Shown here: piece after piece, positions 1 through 9,505 of the stretch
Numbering within the stretch: position 1 is the first letter of the stretch
How the letters are laid out: the number at the start of each line of letters is the position of its first letter
DNA from: Candidatus Brocadiaceae bacterium
Lineage (GTDB): Bacteria; Planctomycetota; Brocadiia; Brocadiales; Scalinduaceae
Length of the DNA: 43,253 nt
Direction of reading: 5' to 3'
Assembly: GCA_919901575.1 (NCBI GenBank)
Contig: CAKKPF010000009.1
Span: forward strand, 1 to 43,253
The notes under the pieces: generated by a model
Told to the model about the DNA's origin: nothing
The model's input: the letters and a program-made list of their open reading frames with translations, nothing else
The model's database searches: none
Made by a program: the position numbers and the translations under genes

Positions 1-1184
1 GGATTCAGGTATTGGAAGAAATAAACCTCCTGGAAAACCCTCCCATGATAGTTATAGTAACTGCCTACGGATCTGAAAGAGTGGCGGTGGATGCCATGAA
101 AAAAGGAGCATACGATTATATTGCCAAGCCGTATGAAATAGATGAACTCAGATTAATAGCCAGGCATGCCTTCGAAAAGCTCTCACTTGAGGAAGAAAAT
201 GCCAGATTGCGCTCTGAGATTGACAGACTGGAATCAATGGGAGAAATACTGGGGAAAAGCCAGGTAATGAAACATGTGTATAATAAGATAGAAAAGGTGG
301 GGCCATCTGACGTGACAGTATTAATTCAGGGTGAAAGTGGAAGCGGAAAAGAGTTGGTGGCTAAAGAAATCCACAAAAAAAGCTCCCGTAAAGATAATCC
401 CATGATAGTTATGAATTGTGCAGCTTTACCCGATACATTAATCGAAAGTGAATTATTCGGGCATGAAAAAGGCGCCTTTACGGGATCGACAGAAAGGCGT
501 CTGGGCAAATTTGAACTGGCGGATAAAGGTACTATATTTCTTGATGAAATTGGAGATATGAGCCCAAATACCCAATCAAAGGTATTACGGGTTTTGCAGG
601 AACAGAGTTTCGAACGATTAGGAGGTACTGAAACTCTTCGTGTTGATGTCAGACTTATAAGCGCAACTCATAAAGATTTGCTTAAAGAAATTAAAGAAGG
701 TAATTTCAGGGAGGACCTGTACTATAGGTTAAAGGTTGTAGAAATCTTACTTCCACCATTGAGAAATCGCAGAGAAGACATTATAATATTAGCCAATAAG
801 TTTATACAGTATTTTTCTGAGAAGCACAGAAAAAGCGTAAAATCTATATCAAGTGAAGCAGTAAAATTTTTTACTAAATATTATTGGCCTGGTAATGTTA
901 GGGAGTTGCAGAATATGATAGAAAGTGCAGTAGTAATGGCCAATGCAGAAACTCTCGACGTTAGCGATTTTCCGGAAGAAATTAGAAATACAAATAGTTA
1001 TAATCGCTTCGATTATAATCTGCCTTTCAGGGATGCAAAGAAAATAGCTGTGGAAGCCTTCGAAAGAGATTTCGTAAGCAGGAAACTGGAAGAAAACGAT
1101 GGTAATATAAGCAAAGCCGCCGAAGCTCTTGGTATGCACAGGCAAAGTTTACAGCAGAAGATCAAAGAACTGAATATGAAATAA
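1..1184 (+). CDS. Sigma54-dependent response regulator (NtrC/AtoC family), 5'-truncated by the window
   Basis: Receiver C-terminal part (VTAYGS...AMKKGAYDYIAKP), Walker A GESGSGKE, GAFTGS loop, Walker B IFLDEIGD, WPGNVREL, C-terminal Fis-type HTH. The frame is open back to the window start. Confidence 0.95.
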   Translation, partial: IQVLEEINLLENPPMIVIVTAYGSERVAVDAMKKGAYDYIAKPYEIDELRLIARHAFEKLSLEEENARLRSEIDRLESMGEILGKSQVMKHVYNKIEKVGPSDVTVLIQGESGSGKELVAKEIHKKSSRKDNPMIVMNCAALPDTLIESELFGHEKGAFTGSTERRLGKFELADKGTIFLDEIGDMSPNTQSKVLRVLQEQSFERLGGTETLRVDVRLISATHKDLLKEIKEGNFREDLYYRLKVVEILLPPLRNRREDIIILANKFIQYFSEKHRKSVKSISSEAVKFFTKYYWPGNVRELQNMIESAVVMANAETLDVSDFPEEIRNTNSYNRFDYNLPFRDAKKIAVEAFERDFVSRKLEENDGNISKAAEALGMHRQSLQQKIKELNMK

Positions 1185-1215
1185 ATTAAAATTAGTGAAC
1201 GGAGTGAACTGATTT

Positions 1216-4200
1216 ATGAAAAATGATTTTGTCCATTTACATGTTCATAGCGATTACAGCCTGTTAGACGGTGCATGCAGGATTAATGATCTTGTTGACA
1301 AAACCAAAGCTCTAAACATGAAGAGCCTGGCATTGACAGATCACGGTAACATGTTTGGAGCAATTGGATTCTACGAATGTGCAAGGCAAAACGGTATCAA
1401 ACCTATTCTCGGTTTTGAATCTTATGTCGCCCAGGAAAGCAGGTTCACAAAAGAAGCCGGTAAAGATGGAAAGCAACGTATATACCATTTAACTCTTTTG
1501 GCAGAAAATAACGAAGGATATAGAAACCTGCTGAAACTAACCTCATCTGCATACCTGGAAGGCTTTTATTATAAGCCCAGAATAGATAAGGAATTATTAA
1601 ACGAGTATTCAAAAGGAATAATCTGTCTGAGTGGATGTATGAAATCCGAAATAAATCAAAACCTGTTTAATAATAATTATGACAGGGCGCTGAATGCTGC
1701 GTCTCAATACAAAGACATCTTCGGCAAGGACAACTTCTATCTGGAACTGCAGGACAATAAGATTGAACGGCAGGATGAGTTAGTCAATATGGCGGTAAGA
1801 ATCAGTCAGGAACTGGGCTTGAAAACTGTTGCTACAAATGACATACACTATATGGAGCCTGATGATTATTTTGCCCATGACGCCCTCCTGTGCATAAACA
1901 CGGGGAAGTCAATAAATGACACCAAGAGAATGCGCATGAGCACCAATGAATTCTACTTTAAGTCTCAAGAACAGATGGAAGAAATCTTTAGAGATATGCC
2001 CGATGCATTAATGAATACATCGTTAATCTCTGATAGATGCTGCGTTGAGCTGGATCTGAACAAAATGCACCTGCCCAGATTCCACCCAAAGGAAGATTCT
2101 ATCTGTTACAAACCTGGTATGACAAACAAACAACTCCTGAGAGAACTCTGCAAACACGGTGCATTGGAGATATACAAAAAACCTGATGACGTAATAAATG
2201 AAAGATTAGATCATGAACTGAGCGTAATAGAAGAGACTAATTTTGTTGACTATTTTCTAATCGTCTGGGACTTCATTGATTTCGCAAGAAAAGAGCATAT
2301 ACCGGCGATTGCTCGTGGTTCAGGCGCCGGTAGTTTAGTTGCCTATGTACTGGGAATTACTAATATCGATCCTGTAAAATATGATTTACTGTTTGAAAGA
2401 TTCCTCAATGCAGAAAGACTTTCCATGCCTGATCTGGATATTGATTTCTGCGCCGAGGGCAGAGATAAGGTAATTCAATATGTTCGAAACAGATATGGAG
2501 GCGACAGCAATGTGGCTCAGATTATCACCTTCGGTACCATGAAGGCTAAAGCAGTTGTCAGAGATGTAGGCAGGGTAATGGACATACCGTTGCCTGTCGT
2601 TAATAAAGTGGCAAAATTAATCCCGCCTACCCTGAACATTACGTTGCAGGAAGCTCTTGAGCAGGAGCCGGAATTAAAATCCATGTATGACAATGAGCAG
2701 CAAATCCAGGATCTGTTCAATATCTCTTCAAAACTCGAAGGATTGCGCCGGCATGCCTCTACACATGCGGCGGGTGTGGTCGTCTCCGATGAGCCGTTAA
2801 CCAACTACATCCCCCTGGCAAAGAACAAGGATGTCGTAATTACACAATTCGATGGTGAAACCCTTGTGGATAAGATAGGCCTGTTAAAGGCAGATTTTCT
2901 TGGAGTACGGAAGTTCACTGTTATTGACAAAGCAACAAAACTGATAAAGGCAACAACCGGGAAAACCATTGATATCGGCAAGATTCCACTGGATGATAAA
3001 AATACTTACGAATTATTGTCCAGAGGTGACGTCAAGGGTGTTTTCCAGGTGGAGACAAGCAGGGGTTTCAGGGACTTGCTGATAAAGCTCAAACCCGATA
3101 AATTTGAATATATATTACCCCTGGTCGCCTTATACAGACCGGGGCCGTTACAGAGTGGAATGGTGGATACATTTATAAATTGCAGACATGGCAGGGAAGA
3201 AGTTTCATATCTTCATCCAAAGCTCGAACCGTTACTCAAGGAAACATACGGATTAATGGTATATCAGGAACAGGTAATGCGCATTGCAAACAGGCTGGGA
3301 GGATTTACCCTGAATGAGGCCGATAATTTAAGGAAGGCAATGGGAAAGAAGAAACCAGAGGTAATGGCAAAATTCAAAAATCAATTTATTGAGGGGTCTG
3401 TAAAGAACGACATTCCAAGAAAGATTGCCGAGAAGATCTTCGAACTGATGGAACACTTCGCAGGATACGGGTTTAATAAATCCCACTCTGCAGCTTATGC
3501 CATGATCTGCTATCAGACAGCTTATCTAAAAACAAACTATCCCACCCAGTATATGGCAGCCCAGATGACGTGTGAAAAGCAAAACAACGAAAAGATAGTA
3601 GACTATATGCATGAATGTAATCGAATGAACATTGAACTATTACCCCCATGCGTAAATGAAAGCTATTCAGATTTTACTATAGTGTCGGACAAAAAGATCA
3701 GGTTCGGGCTTGGAGCAATAAAGAATGTTGGTGAAAAAGCGATAGAATCCATCATTACGGCAAGAAAGAATGATGGTGAATTTTCTTCAATATTTGATTT
3801 TTGTGATCGTGTGGACTTGCGCCTGGTAAATAAACAGGTAATGGAAAGTCTTATAAAATCAGGCTGCTTTGACGCTTTGCCGGGATACAGGGCTCAATTC
3901 TTTGAAGGAATTGATACATTGTTGCAAATTGGAGCCAAATCAAACAGAGACCGCCGTATGGGACAGATGAATCTGTTTGGTACACAGGAAAATGCAATCA
4001 ATTCAAACTCTCTTCATCAATTACCGGAGACTGAGAAATGGTCAGAGAAACAGTTACTTAAGGCAGAAAAGGAGGCATTGGGACTCTATGTCAGTTCACA
4101 CCCATTAAAAAGATTTAAGAAGGTAATAGAAGAGTATTCAGACACTTCAACAGGAAATCTGCCTGAAACATCTGAAGATGCTGATGTCTTGATAGGCGGG

Positions 4201-4695
4201 ATAATTGACAGCATTAACCGTACAACCACCAAAAAGGGCAAACCGATTGTATATTTTACAATCGAAGACATGGAAGGAATAGCAAAGTGCGTAATATTCG
4301 AGAAAAAACTGGCATCTCTCAATAATCTGCTTCATGCAAATGAGGTGGTTTTTATTAAGGGAAAAGTCAATTTCAGAGATACCGAACCCTCTGTCAGGGT
4401 AACGGAAATAATCACTCCGGAAGATATGGAAAAAATAGTAGAGAACAAATCACCTGGAAATGCTATAATAAGACTTGAATATTCGCAAGTTAATGATGAC
4501 GTTCTCTCCCGTTTAAAGGAAATTCTGTCAGCAAATAAAGGGCCTTCTCCTGTATTCATAAAATTTGAAATACCGGGTGAAAAAGCTGTAACGATAAAGG
4601 CATCTGAAAAGTATTCAGTTTCTTTAAACGAAAATGTACTTAATGGAGTAAAGAATCTTGTTGGAGAAGGCAGCTTGGTATCAAAAAGTGTATGA
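1216..4695 (+). CDS. dnaE: DNA polymerase III alpha subunit
   Basis: PHP domain (HLHVHSDYSLLDG, TDHGNMFG), RGSGAGS, PDLDIDF catalytic motif, GFNKSH, C-terminal OB fold. Confidence 0.98.
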   Translation: MKNDFVHLHVHSDYSLLDGACRINDLVDKTKALNMKSLALTDHGNMFGAIGFYECARQNGIKPILGFESYVAQESRFTKEAGKDGKQRIYHLTLLAENNEGYRNLLKLTSSAYLEGFYYKPRIDKELLNEYSKGIICLSGCMKSEINQNLFNNNYDRALNAASQYKDIFGKDNFYLELQDNKIERQDELVNMAVRISQELGLKTVATNDIHYMEPDDYFAHDALLCINTGKSINDTKRMRMSTNEFYFKSQEQMEEIFRDMPDALMNTSLISDRCCVELDLNKMHLPRFHPKEDSICYKPGMTNKQLLRELCKHGALEIYKKPDDVINERLDHELSVIEETNFVDYFLIVWDFIDFARKEHIPAIARGSGAGSLVAYVLGITNIDPVKYDLLFERFLNAERLSMPDLDIDFCAEGRDKVIQYVRNRYGGDSNVAQIITFGTMKAKAVVRDVGRVMDIPLPVVNKVAKLIPPTLNITLQEALEQEPELKSMYDNEQQIQDLFNISSKLEGLRRHASTHAAGVVVSDEPLTNYIPLAKNKDVVITQFDGETLVDKIGLLKADFLGVRKFTVIDKATKLIKATTGKTIDIGKIPLDDKNTYELLSRGDVKGVFQVETSRGFRDLLIKLKPDKFEYILPLVALYRPGPLQSGMVDTFINCRHGREEVSYLHPKLEPLLKETYGLMVYQEQVMRIANRLGGFTLNEADNLRKAMGKKKPEVMAKFKNQFIEGSVKNDIPRKIAEKIFELMEHFAGYGFNKSHSAAYAMICYQTAYLKTNYPTQYMAAQMTCEKQNNEKIVDYMHECNRMNIELLPPCVNESYSDFTIVSDKKIRFGLGAIKNVGEKAIESIITARKNDGEFSSIFDFCDRVDLRLVNKQVMESLIKSGCFDALPGYRAQFFEGIDTLLQIGAKSNRDRRMGQMNLFGTQENAINSNSLHQLPETEKWSEKQLLKAEKEALGLYVSSHPLKRFKKVIEEYSDTSTGNLPETSEDADVLIGGIIDSINRTTTKKGKPIVYFTIEDMEGIAKCVIFEKKLASLNNLLHANEVVFIKGKVNFRDTEPSVRVTEIITPEDMEKIVENKSPGNAIIRLEYSQVNDDVLSRLKEILSANKGPSPVFIKFEIPGEKAVTIKASEKYSVSLNENVLNGVKNLVGEGSLVSKSV

Positions 4696-4736
4696 ATGTA
4701 TAACGCAATACACAAATTAACTTAAGGAAGATATTT

Positions 4737-5948
4737 GTGAAAATGAAAAAAGAGTTAACTTACGCATTAATAACGCCGTATAGCTTATTAAAGAGCAGAA
4801 CTGGCGGCATAATCAGCAGGCTTCTCTCTTTGTCCGACCTGGAACTTGTGGGTGCAAGAATGTACACCCCGAGTGATAAGTTTTTGGATGAATATTGCGA
4901 AACCATAAAAGGTCAAAGAATAGCACCTTTGTGGAAAAGAACCCTGTTAGACTATGTAAATGATAAACTTAGGAAAAAGAATAAGCTCGGAATATCCAAC
5001 CGTACCATGCTCCTCCTTTTTGAAGGCAATGATGCTGTCAATATCCTTCATAATAAAGTAATTGGATCCGCATCAGAACATCTAAGGGGAAATACCATCA
5101 GAGGCACTTACGGCGATTGTATAAAGAGTGGCGGTAAGATTGAATATTTTGAGCCTGCGGTACTGACTTCTGCGGATAAAGCAACAAACATTAAGCAGCT
5201 TAAGTTATTCGCAAAATATGCTTTGAGCGATGGCGGCATCCTGGAAAATGTGATGAATTTTGGTAAAAACAAGAAACCTGAAACTTCGCTCATAATCCTT
5301 AAACCTTTAGAAAAACATGATCCGCGTTCCGGAAACATAATAGATATGATAGCAAGGACAGGTTTCTATATGGTCGGAATAAAGCTTCTTGACTTGAGCA
5401 CTAAACAGGCAGAAGAATTTTATGGGCCTGTGAAAGATTTCTTTAATAGCAGCTTCGATGATAAATTTAAACCACACCTGGTTGAAAAGTTGAAGACAGC
5501 GTTAAATAAGCGGGATTTTTCTTTTGATCTGAACGACGCCATATTGAACAAACTGGCCGATCAGCTCAAGGAACCTACCGTGGAAGGCGAATTCGGCAAA
5601 ATACTACAGTACATGACAGGCCGAGAACCTTCCGCCTTTGCTGAAACCAAGAAAACCGAAGATGGGAAACACACTATATGTCTCGCTATATTATACCAGG
5701 GCATAAATACAATTAAGACAATTAGGGAACTTTTGGGCGCTACAGACCCAAAAAAGGCAAAGTATTCCAGTATCAGGAGGTTTTATGGACTTGATATACT
5801 AAGAAACGCTGTACACGCATCTGATTCTCCTGAAAGTGTAATAAGGGAAAGAAAAATCATCGGCTTAAACAAAGATGAGAAAACTTGTGATATTAAGCAA
5901 ATAATAAATCGATACCTTAAAAATTGCGGCTCTTCACGAAGACGATAA
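4737..5948 (+). CDS. Tandem-domain nucleoside diphosphate kinase-like protein
   Basis: Two NDK-like repeats. The second has ETSLIILKP...GATDP...SIRRFYG...RNAVHASDS with the catalytic His. Confidence 0.85.
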   Translation: MKMKKELTYALITPYSLLKSRTGGIISRLLSLSDLELVGARMYTPSDKFLDEYCETIKGQRIAPLWKRTLLDYVNDKLRKKNKLGISNRTMLLLFEGNDAVNILHNKVIGSASEHLRGNTIRGTYGDCIKSGGKIEYFEPAVLTSADKATNIKQLKLFAKYALSDGGILENVMNFGKNKKPETSLIILKPLEKHDPRSGNIIDMIARTGFYMVGIKLLDLSTKQAEEFYGPVKDFFNSSFDDKFKPHLVEKLKTALNKRDFSFDLNDAILNKLADQLKEPTVEGEFGKILQYMTGREPSAFAETKKTEDGKHTICLAILYQGINTIKTIRELLGATDPKKAKYSSIRRFYGLDILRNAVHASDSPESVIRERKIIGLNKDEKTCDIKQIINRYLKNCGSSRRR

Positions 5949-5957
5949 AAACGTAAA

Positions 5958-6032
5958 GTAATTGCTCAATATCAAGCGGGGTTGATACTCTTACTAAACA
6001 GCGTAAAATTCCACTTGATACTGAGCAATTAC
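5958..6032. mobile_element. 75-bp MITE-like element with 22-bp terminal inverted repeats
   Basis: gtaattgctcaatatcaagcgg ... ccacttgatactgagcaattac (20/22 complementary), intergenic. Confidence 0.6.
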
Positions 6033-6043
6033 ATAATCAGACT

Positions 6044-6685
6044 ATGTTAGATATTCAAAAATTAGAGATTGGGCCTTTGGATGCTTGTTGCTACATAGTT
6101 TATTCAAAGTGTTCAGAGGCCGTTATCATAGATCCTGGCGGAGAAACAGAAAAAATACTAGACTGTCTTGAGAAAAAGAAACTACATCCGATTATTCTAA
6201 TTAATACTCATGGTCATGGCGACCACATAGGCGGAAATAAAGAATTAAAGGAAAAGTTTCCAGACATTCAAATCTGTATTCACAAAGACGATGCAGAGAT
6301 GTTAACAGATCCGTTTAAGAACCTTTCTCTTCTAGGCGGAAAAAGATATACATCCCCACCGGCAGACCGAATCTTAAATCACGATGATAAGATTTTGTTT
6401 GATGAGTACGTTTTCAGGATTTTGCATCTCCCAGGTCATACACGTGGAGGGATAGGGATATATACTGATTCAACAGGCAACGGAGATGCTCTAATATTGT
6501 TTTCAGGAGATACTCTTTTTGCAGGAGGCTATGGAAGGACTGATTTGCCGGGCGGCAGTCATACCCGCCTTCTCCAATCGATTAAGCAATACATTTTTAA
6601 GCTGGATGAAAATACAATTATACACCCCGGACATGGTGTATCTACAACCGTGAAAGCTGAAAAAGAAAGATTTAATCTCCATTAA
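6044..6685 (+). CDS. MBL-fold metallo-hydrolase (glyoxalase II/YcbL-like)
   Basis: THGHGDHIG motif, PGHT, FSGDTLF, GRTDLPGG, PGHG. Confidence 0.92.
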   Translation: MLDIQKLEIGPLDACCYIVYSKCSEAVIIDPGGETEKILDCLEKKKLHPIILINTHGHGDHIGGNKELKEKFPDIQICIHKDDAEMLTDPFKNLSLLGGKRYTSPPADRILNHDDKILFDEYVFRILHLPGHTRGGIGIYTDSTGNGDALILFSGDTLFAGGYGRTDLPGGSHTRLLQSIKQYIFKLDENTIIHPGHGVSTTVKAEKERFNLH

Positions 6686-6760
6686 ATTTAAACACTGCTC
6701 GATCTTGCAATATGTACCGCAATCGGGTAATTCGGAAGAACCGAAGAGGAAAAAACTTCA

Positions 6761-9235
6761 ATGGTAGAAGAAAAAGGAAATATAAAGGATGTCCTCATCG
6801 AAGAGGAAATGAAAGTATCGTACTTAACCTTTGCGATGAGTGTGATCATGGGCAGGGCATTACCCGATGTGCGCGATGGTTTAAAGCCGTCACAAAGAAG
6901 GATACTCGTTGCGATGAATGATCTTGGCCTTGTCCCTGCAGCAAAGTACAGGAAGTGTGCAAAGATCTGTGGAGATACAACAGGAAATTATCATCCGCAT
7001 GGTGAACAGGTAGTATATCCAACGCTTGTGCGCATGGCGCAGGACTTCAGTTTCAGGTACACTCTTGTAAAGGGTCAGGGCAACTATGGATCAATTGATG
7101 GTGATCCGCCTGCCGCAATGAGATATACAGAGGCGAAGATGACCCATGCATCCACTGATATGATGGATGATATTAAGCAGAACACTGTTGATTTCATTCC
7201 AAATTATGATGAAACTCGCATGGAACCGGTTGTGCTCCCTTCAAAGTTTCCAAATCTTTTATGTAACGGCAGTTCCGGTATCGCCGTGGGAATGGCAACA
7301 AGCATACCACCGCATAATGTAAATGAGGTGTGCGACGGCATAATAAAAGTTATTGACAATCCGGATGTAACCATAGATGAACTTATGAAAATAATAAAAG
7401 GGCCTGATTTCCCAACGGGCGCTCTAATATGCGGGGTTAGAGGCATAGAAGAAGGATACAAAACCGGCAGGGGCACAATATCTGTGAGGGCAAAGGCACA
7501 TATAGAAACAGCAGAGAACGGCAGAAAAAGTATAGTTGTAACTGAAATACCCTATCAGCTTAATAGAGACAGAATAATAGAAAGAATAGCTGAATTAGTA
7601 AAAAGTGAAGTTTTAAAGGGCATAACAGATGTTCGGAATGAAAGCGATAGAGAGGGAAGCAGAATTGTTATTGTTGTGAAGAAGAATGATGATGAAAATG
7701 TTGTTTTGAATCAACTATACAAACATACAAAACTGCAAGACTCTTTCAGCATAATTATGATAGCGCTTGCAAACAACCGCCCTCAAACATTAAACCTGAA
7801 ACAGTTAATTATTGCTTATATCGACCATCGAAAAGTAGTGATTCGGCGCCGGACGCGTTTCCTGTTAGACCGTGCCGAAGAAAGAGCACATATCCTGGAA
7901 GGGTTAAGGATCGCACTTGCAAACATTGACGAAGTTATAAAACTGATAAAATCATCCAAAACCGTCGAAGATGCAAGGAATTCGCTGGTATCCAAATTTT
8001 CTTTATCTGATATACAGGCCGATGCGATTCTTGAGATGAGACTGCAAAGGTTAACAAACCTGGAACAATCCAAGATTGAAGAAGAGTATAATAAGGTCTG
8101 TGAAAATATCAGAGAATACAAGTCTATCCTTGCAGATGAAAATCTGGTCTTAGACATTATTCGTGAAGACCTTCATGAAACAAAAGAGAAATATGGAGAT
8201 GAAAGGAAAACAGAAATTGTAGGGGATGTTAGCGAATTCGACATGGAGGATCTCATTTCTGAGGAAGATATGACCGTTATAATCACACATGAGGGATACA
8301 TAAAAAGATTACCTTTAAGTACTTATCGGCAACAACACAGAGGAGGAAAGGGTGTTACCGGCGCTGGAATGAAGGAAGGTGATTTCGTTAAAAACATCTT
8401 TATCGCATCAACACACGACTACATACTATTCTTTACAGACCTGGGCAAAGTGTACTGGCTTAAGGTATATGATGTTCCTCATTTTGGTCGTATAGCCAGG
8501 GGACGGGCAATTGTCAATCTCCTGAATCTGGAAAAAGACGAGAATGTCACATCTATGATTCCTATTCGAAAGTTTGACGATAGGCAACTGGTAATGGCAA
8601 CTAAAAAAGGAATCATAAAGAAAGCTATCCTCAGCGCATTTGGCCGTCCTAAGAAAGGCGGTATAATTGCAATCCTCCTTGACAAAGGTGACAAACTTAT
8701 AGGAGTTAAATTAACACACGGAGGGCAGGAAATTATGCTTGGGACGGAGAACGGAAAGGCCATCCGTTTTTCAGAGGACGACGTGCGATGCATGGGACGT
8801 GCAACCCGTGGTGTCAAAGGTATAGGATTACGAGGTGATGATAATGTCAAAGGCATTGTTATAGTTGAAAAAGATGCAACTCTTTTAACAGTCTGTGAAA
8901 ATGGATTTGGGAAAAGAACAGATTATAGTGAATATTCAGTTCAACGCAGAAGTGGACAGGGCGTTATTAACATAAAGACAACAGAGAGAAACGGCAAAGT
9001 AGTCGCTTTGATAAATGTAAAAGATGAAGACGAACTCATGATGATGACTGCCAATGGTATGGTAATCCGTACCGCCATTAGTGCCATAAGGTCCATAGGA
9101 CGTAATACTCAAGGTGTAAAACTTATTTCACTTCAGAAAGATGACAAATTAGTATCTGTAGCGCCGGTTGTGAGCGAAGACAAAGAAAAAGCGGAAACAG
9201 AAATAGAAACAGAACAAACTGAGGAAGCTGAATAA
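6761..9235 (+). CDS. gyrA: DNA gyrase subunit A
   Basis: RALPDVRDGLKP, YHPHG, AAMRYTE (catalytic Tyr), GyrA-box QHRGGKG, C-terminal pinwheel repeats. Confidence 0.97.
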   Translation: MVEEKGNIKDVLIEEEMKVSYLTFAMSVIMGRALPDVRDGLKPSQRRILVAMNDLGLVPAAKYRKCAKICGDTTGNYHPHGEQVVYPTLVRMAQDFSFRYTLVKGQGNYGSIDGDPPAAMRYTEAKMTHASTDMMDDIKQNTVDFIPNYDETRMEPVVLPSKFPNLLCNGSSGIAVGMATSIPPHNVNEVCDGIIKVIDNPDVTIDELMKIIKGPDFPTGALICGVRGIEEGYKTGRGTISVRAKAHIETAENGRKSIVVTEIPYQLNRDRIIERIAELVKSEVLKGITDVRNESDREGSRIVIVVKKNDDENVVLNQLYKHTKLQDSFSIIMIALANNRPQTLNLKQLIIAYIDHRKVVIRRRTRFLLDRAEERAHILEGLRIALANIDEVIKLIKSSKTVEDARNSLVSKFSLSDIQADAILEMRLQRLTNLEQSKIEEEYNKVCENIREYKSILADENLVLDIIREDLHETKEKYGDERKTEIVGDVSEFDMEDLISEEDMTVIITHEGYIKRLPLSTYRQQHRGGKGVTGAGMKEGDFVKNIFIASTHDYILFFTDLGKVYWLKVYDVPHFGRIARGRAIVNLLNLEKDENVTSMIPIRKFDDRQLVMATKKGIIKKAILSAFGRPKKGGIIAILLDKGDKLIGVKLTHGGQEIMLGTENGKAIRFSEDDVRCMGRATRGVKGIGLRGDDNVKGIVIVEKDATLLTVCENGFGKRTDYSEYSVQRRSGQGVINIKTTERNGKVVALINVKDEDELMMMTANGMVIRTAISAIRSIGRNTQGVKLISLQKDDKLVSVAPVVSEDKEKAETEIETEQTEEAE

Positions 9236-9240
9236 CCGTG

Positions 9241-9480
9241 CGCGGCAAAGCCGCAAACAAGTTTTAACCTTTTATCACTGGCTCCCACGCTCTGCGTGGG
9301 AGCCATTACGTTGACGTTCCTGCGTCACATCAAATACAACTCCCTGTGACAGATATCATTTCATGAAGCGGGTACCTTGTTGTAGCGGAAGCCTTCGGCA
9401 GGTTCGGGATGACAATTGTGACACAGCCTGTTTGTCGGACTGGCGAATGGTTTGGCAGGTTGGGCGTCATTCTGGCGGGC
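9241..9480. repeat. Cluster of REP-like palindromes between convergent gyrA and the IscS-like gene
   Basis: Hairpins gcggcaaagccgc and ggctcccacgctctgcgtgggagcc, degenerate ctgtgaca...tgtgacacag ends, and a cctg...ggcggg element. Confidence 0.6.
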
Positions 9481-9505
9481 AAGATTGAACTATGGTTATT
9501 TGTGG

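Noticed and set aside
1216-4695. Intein in DnaE (GyrA also examined)
   Set aside because: Lengths are typical and no intein splice motifs or LAGLIDADG insert are visible.
6712-6921. 69-aa basic ORF overlapping the gyrA start
   Set aside because: Alternate-frame shadow of gyrA.
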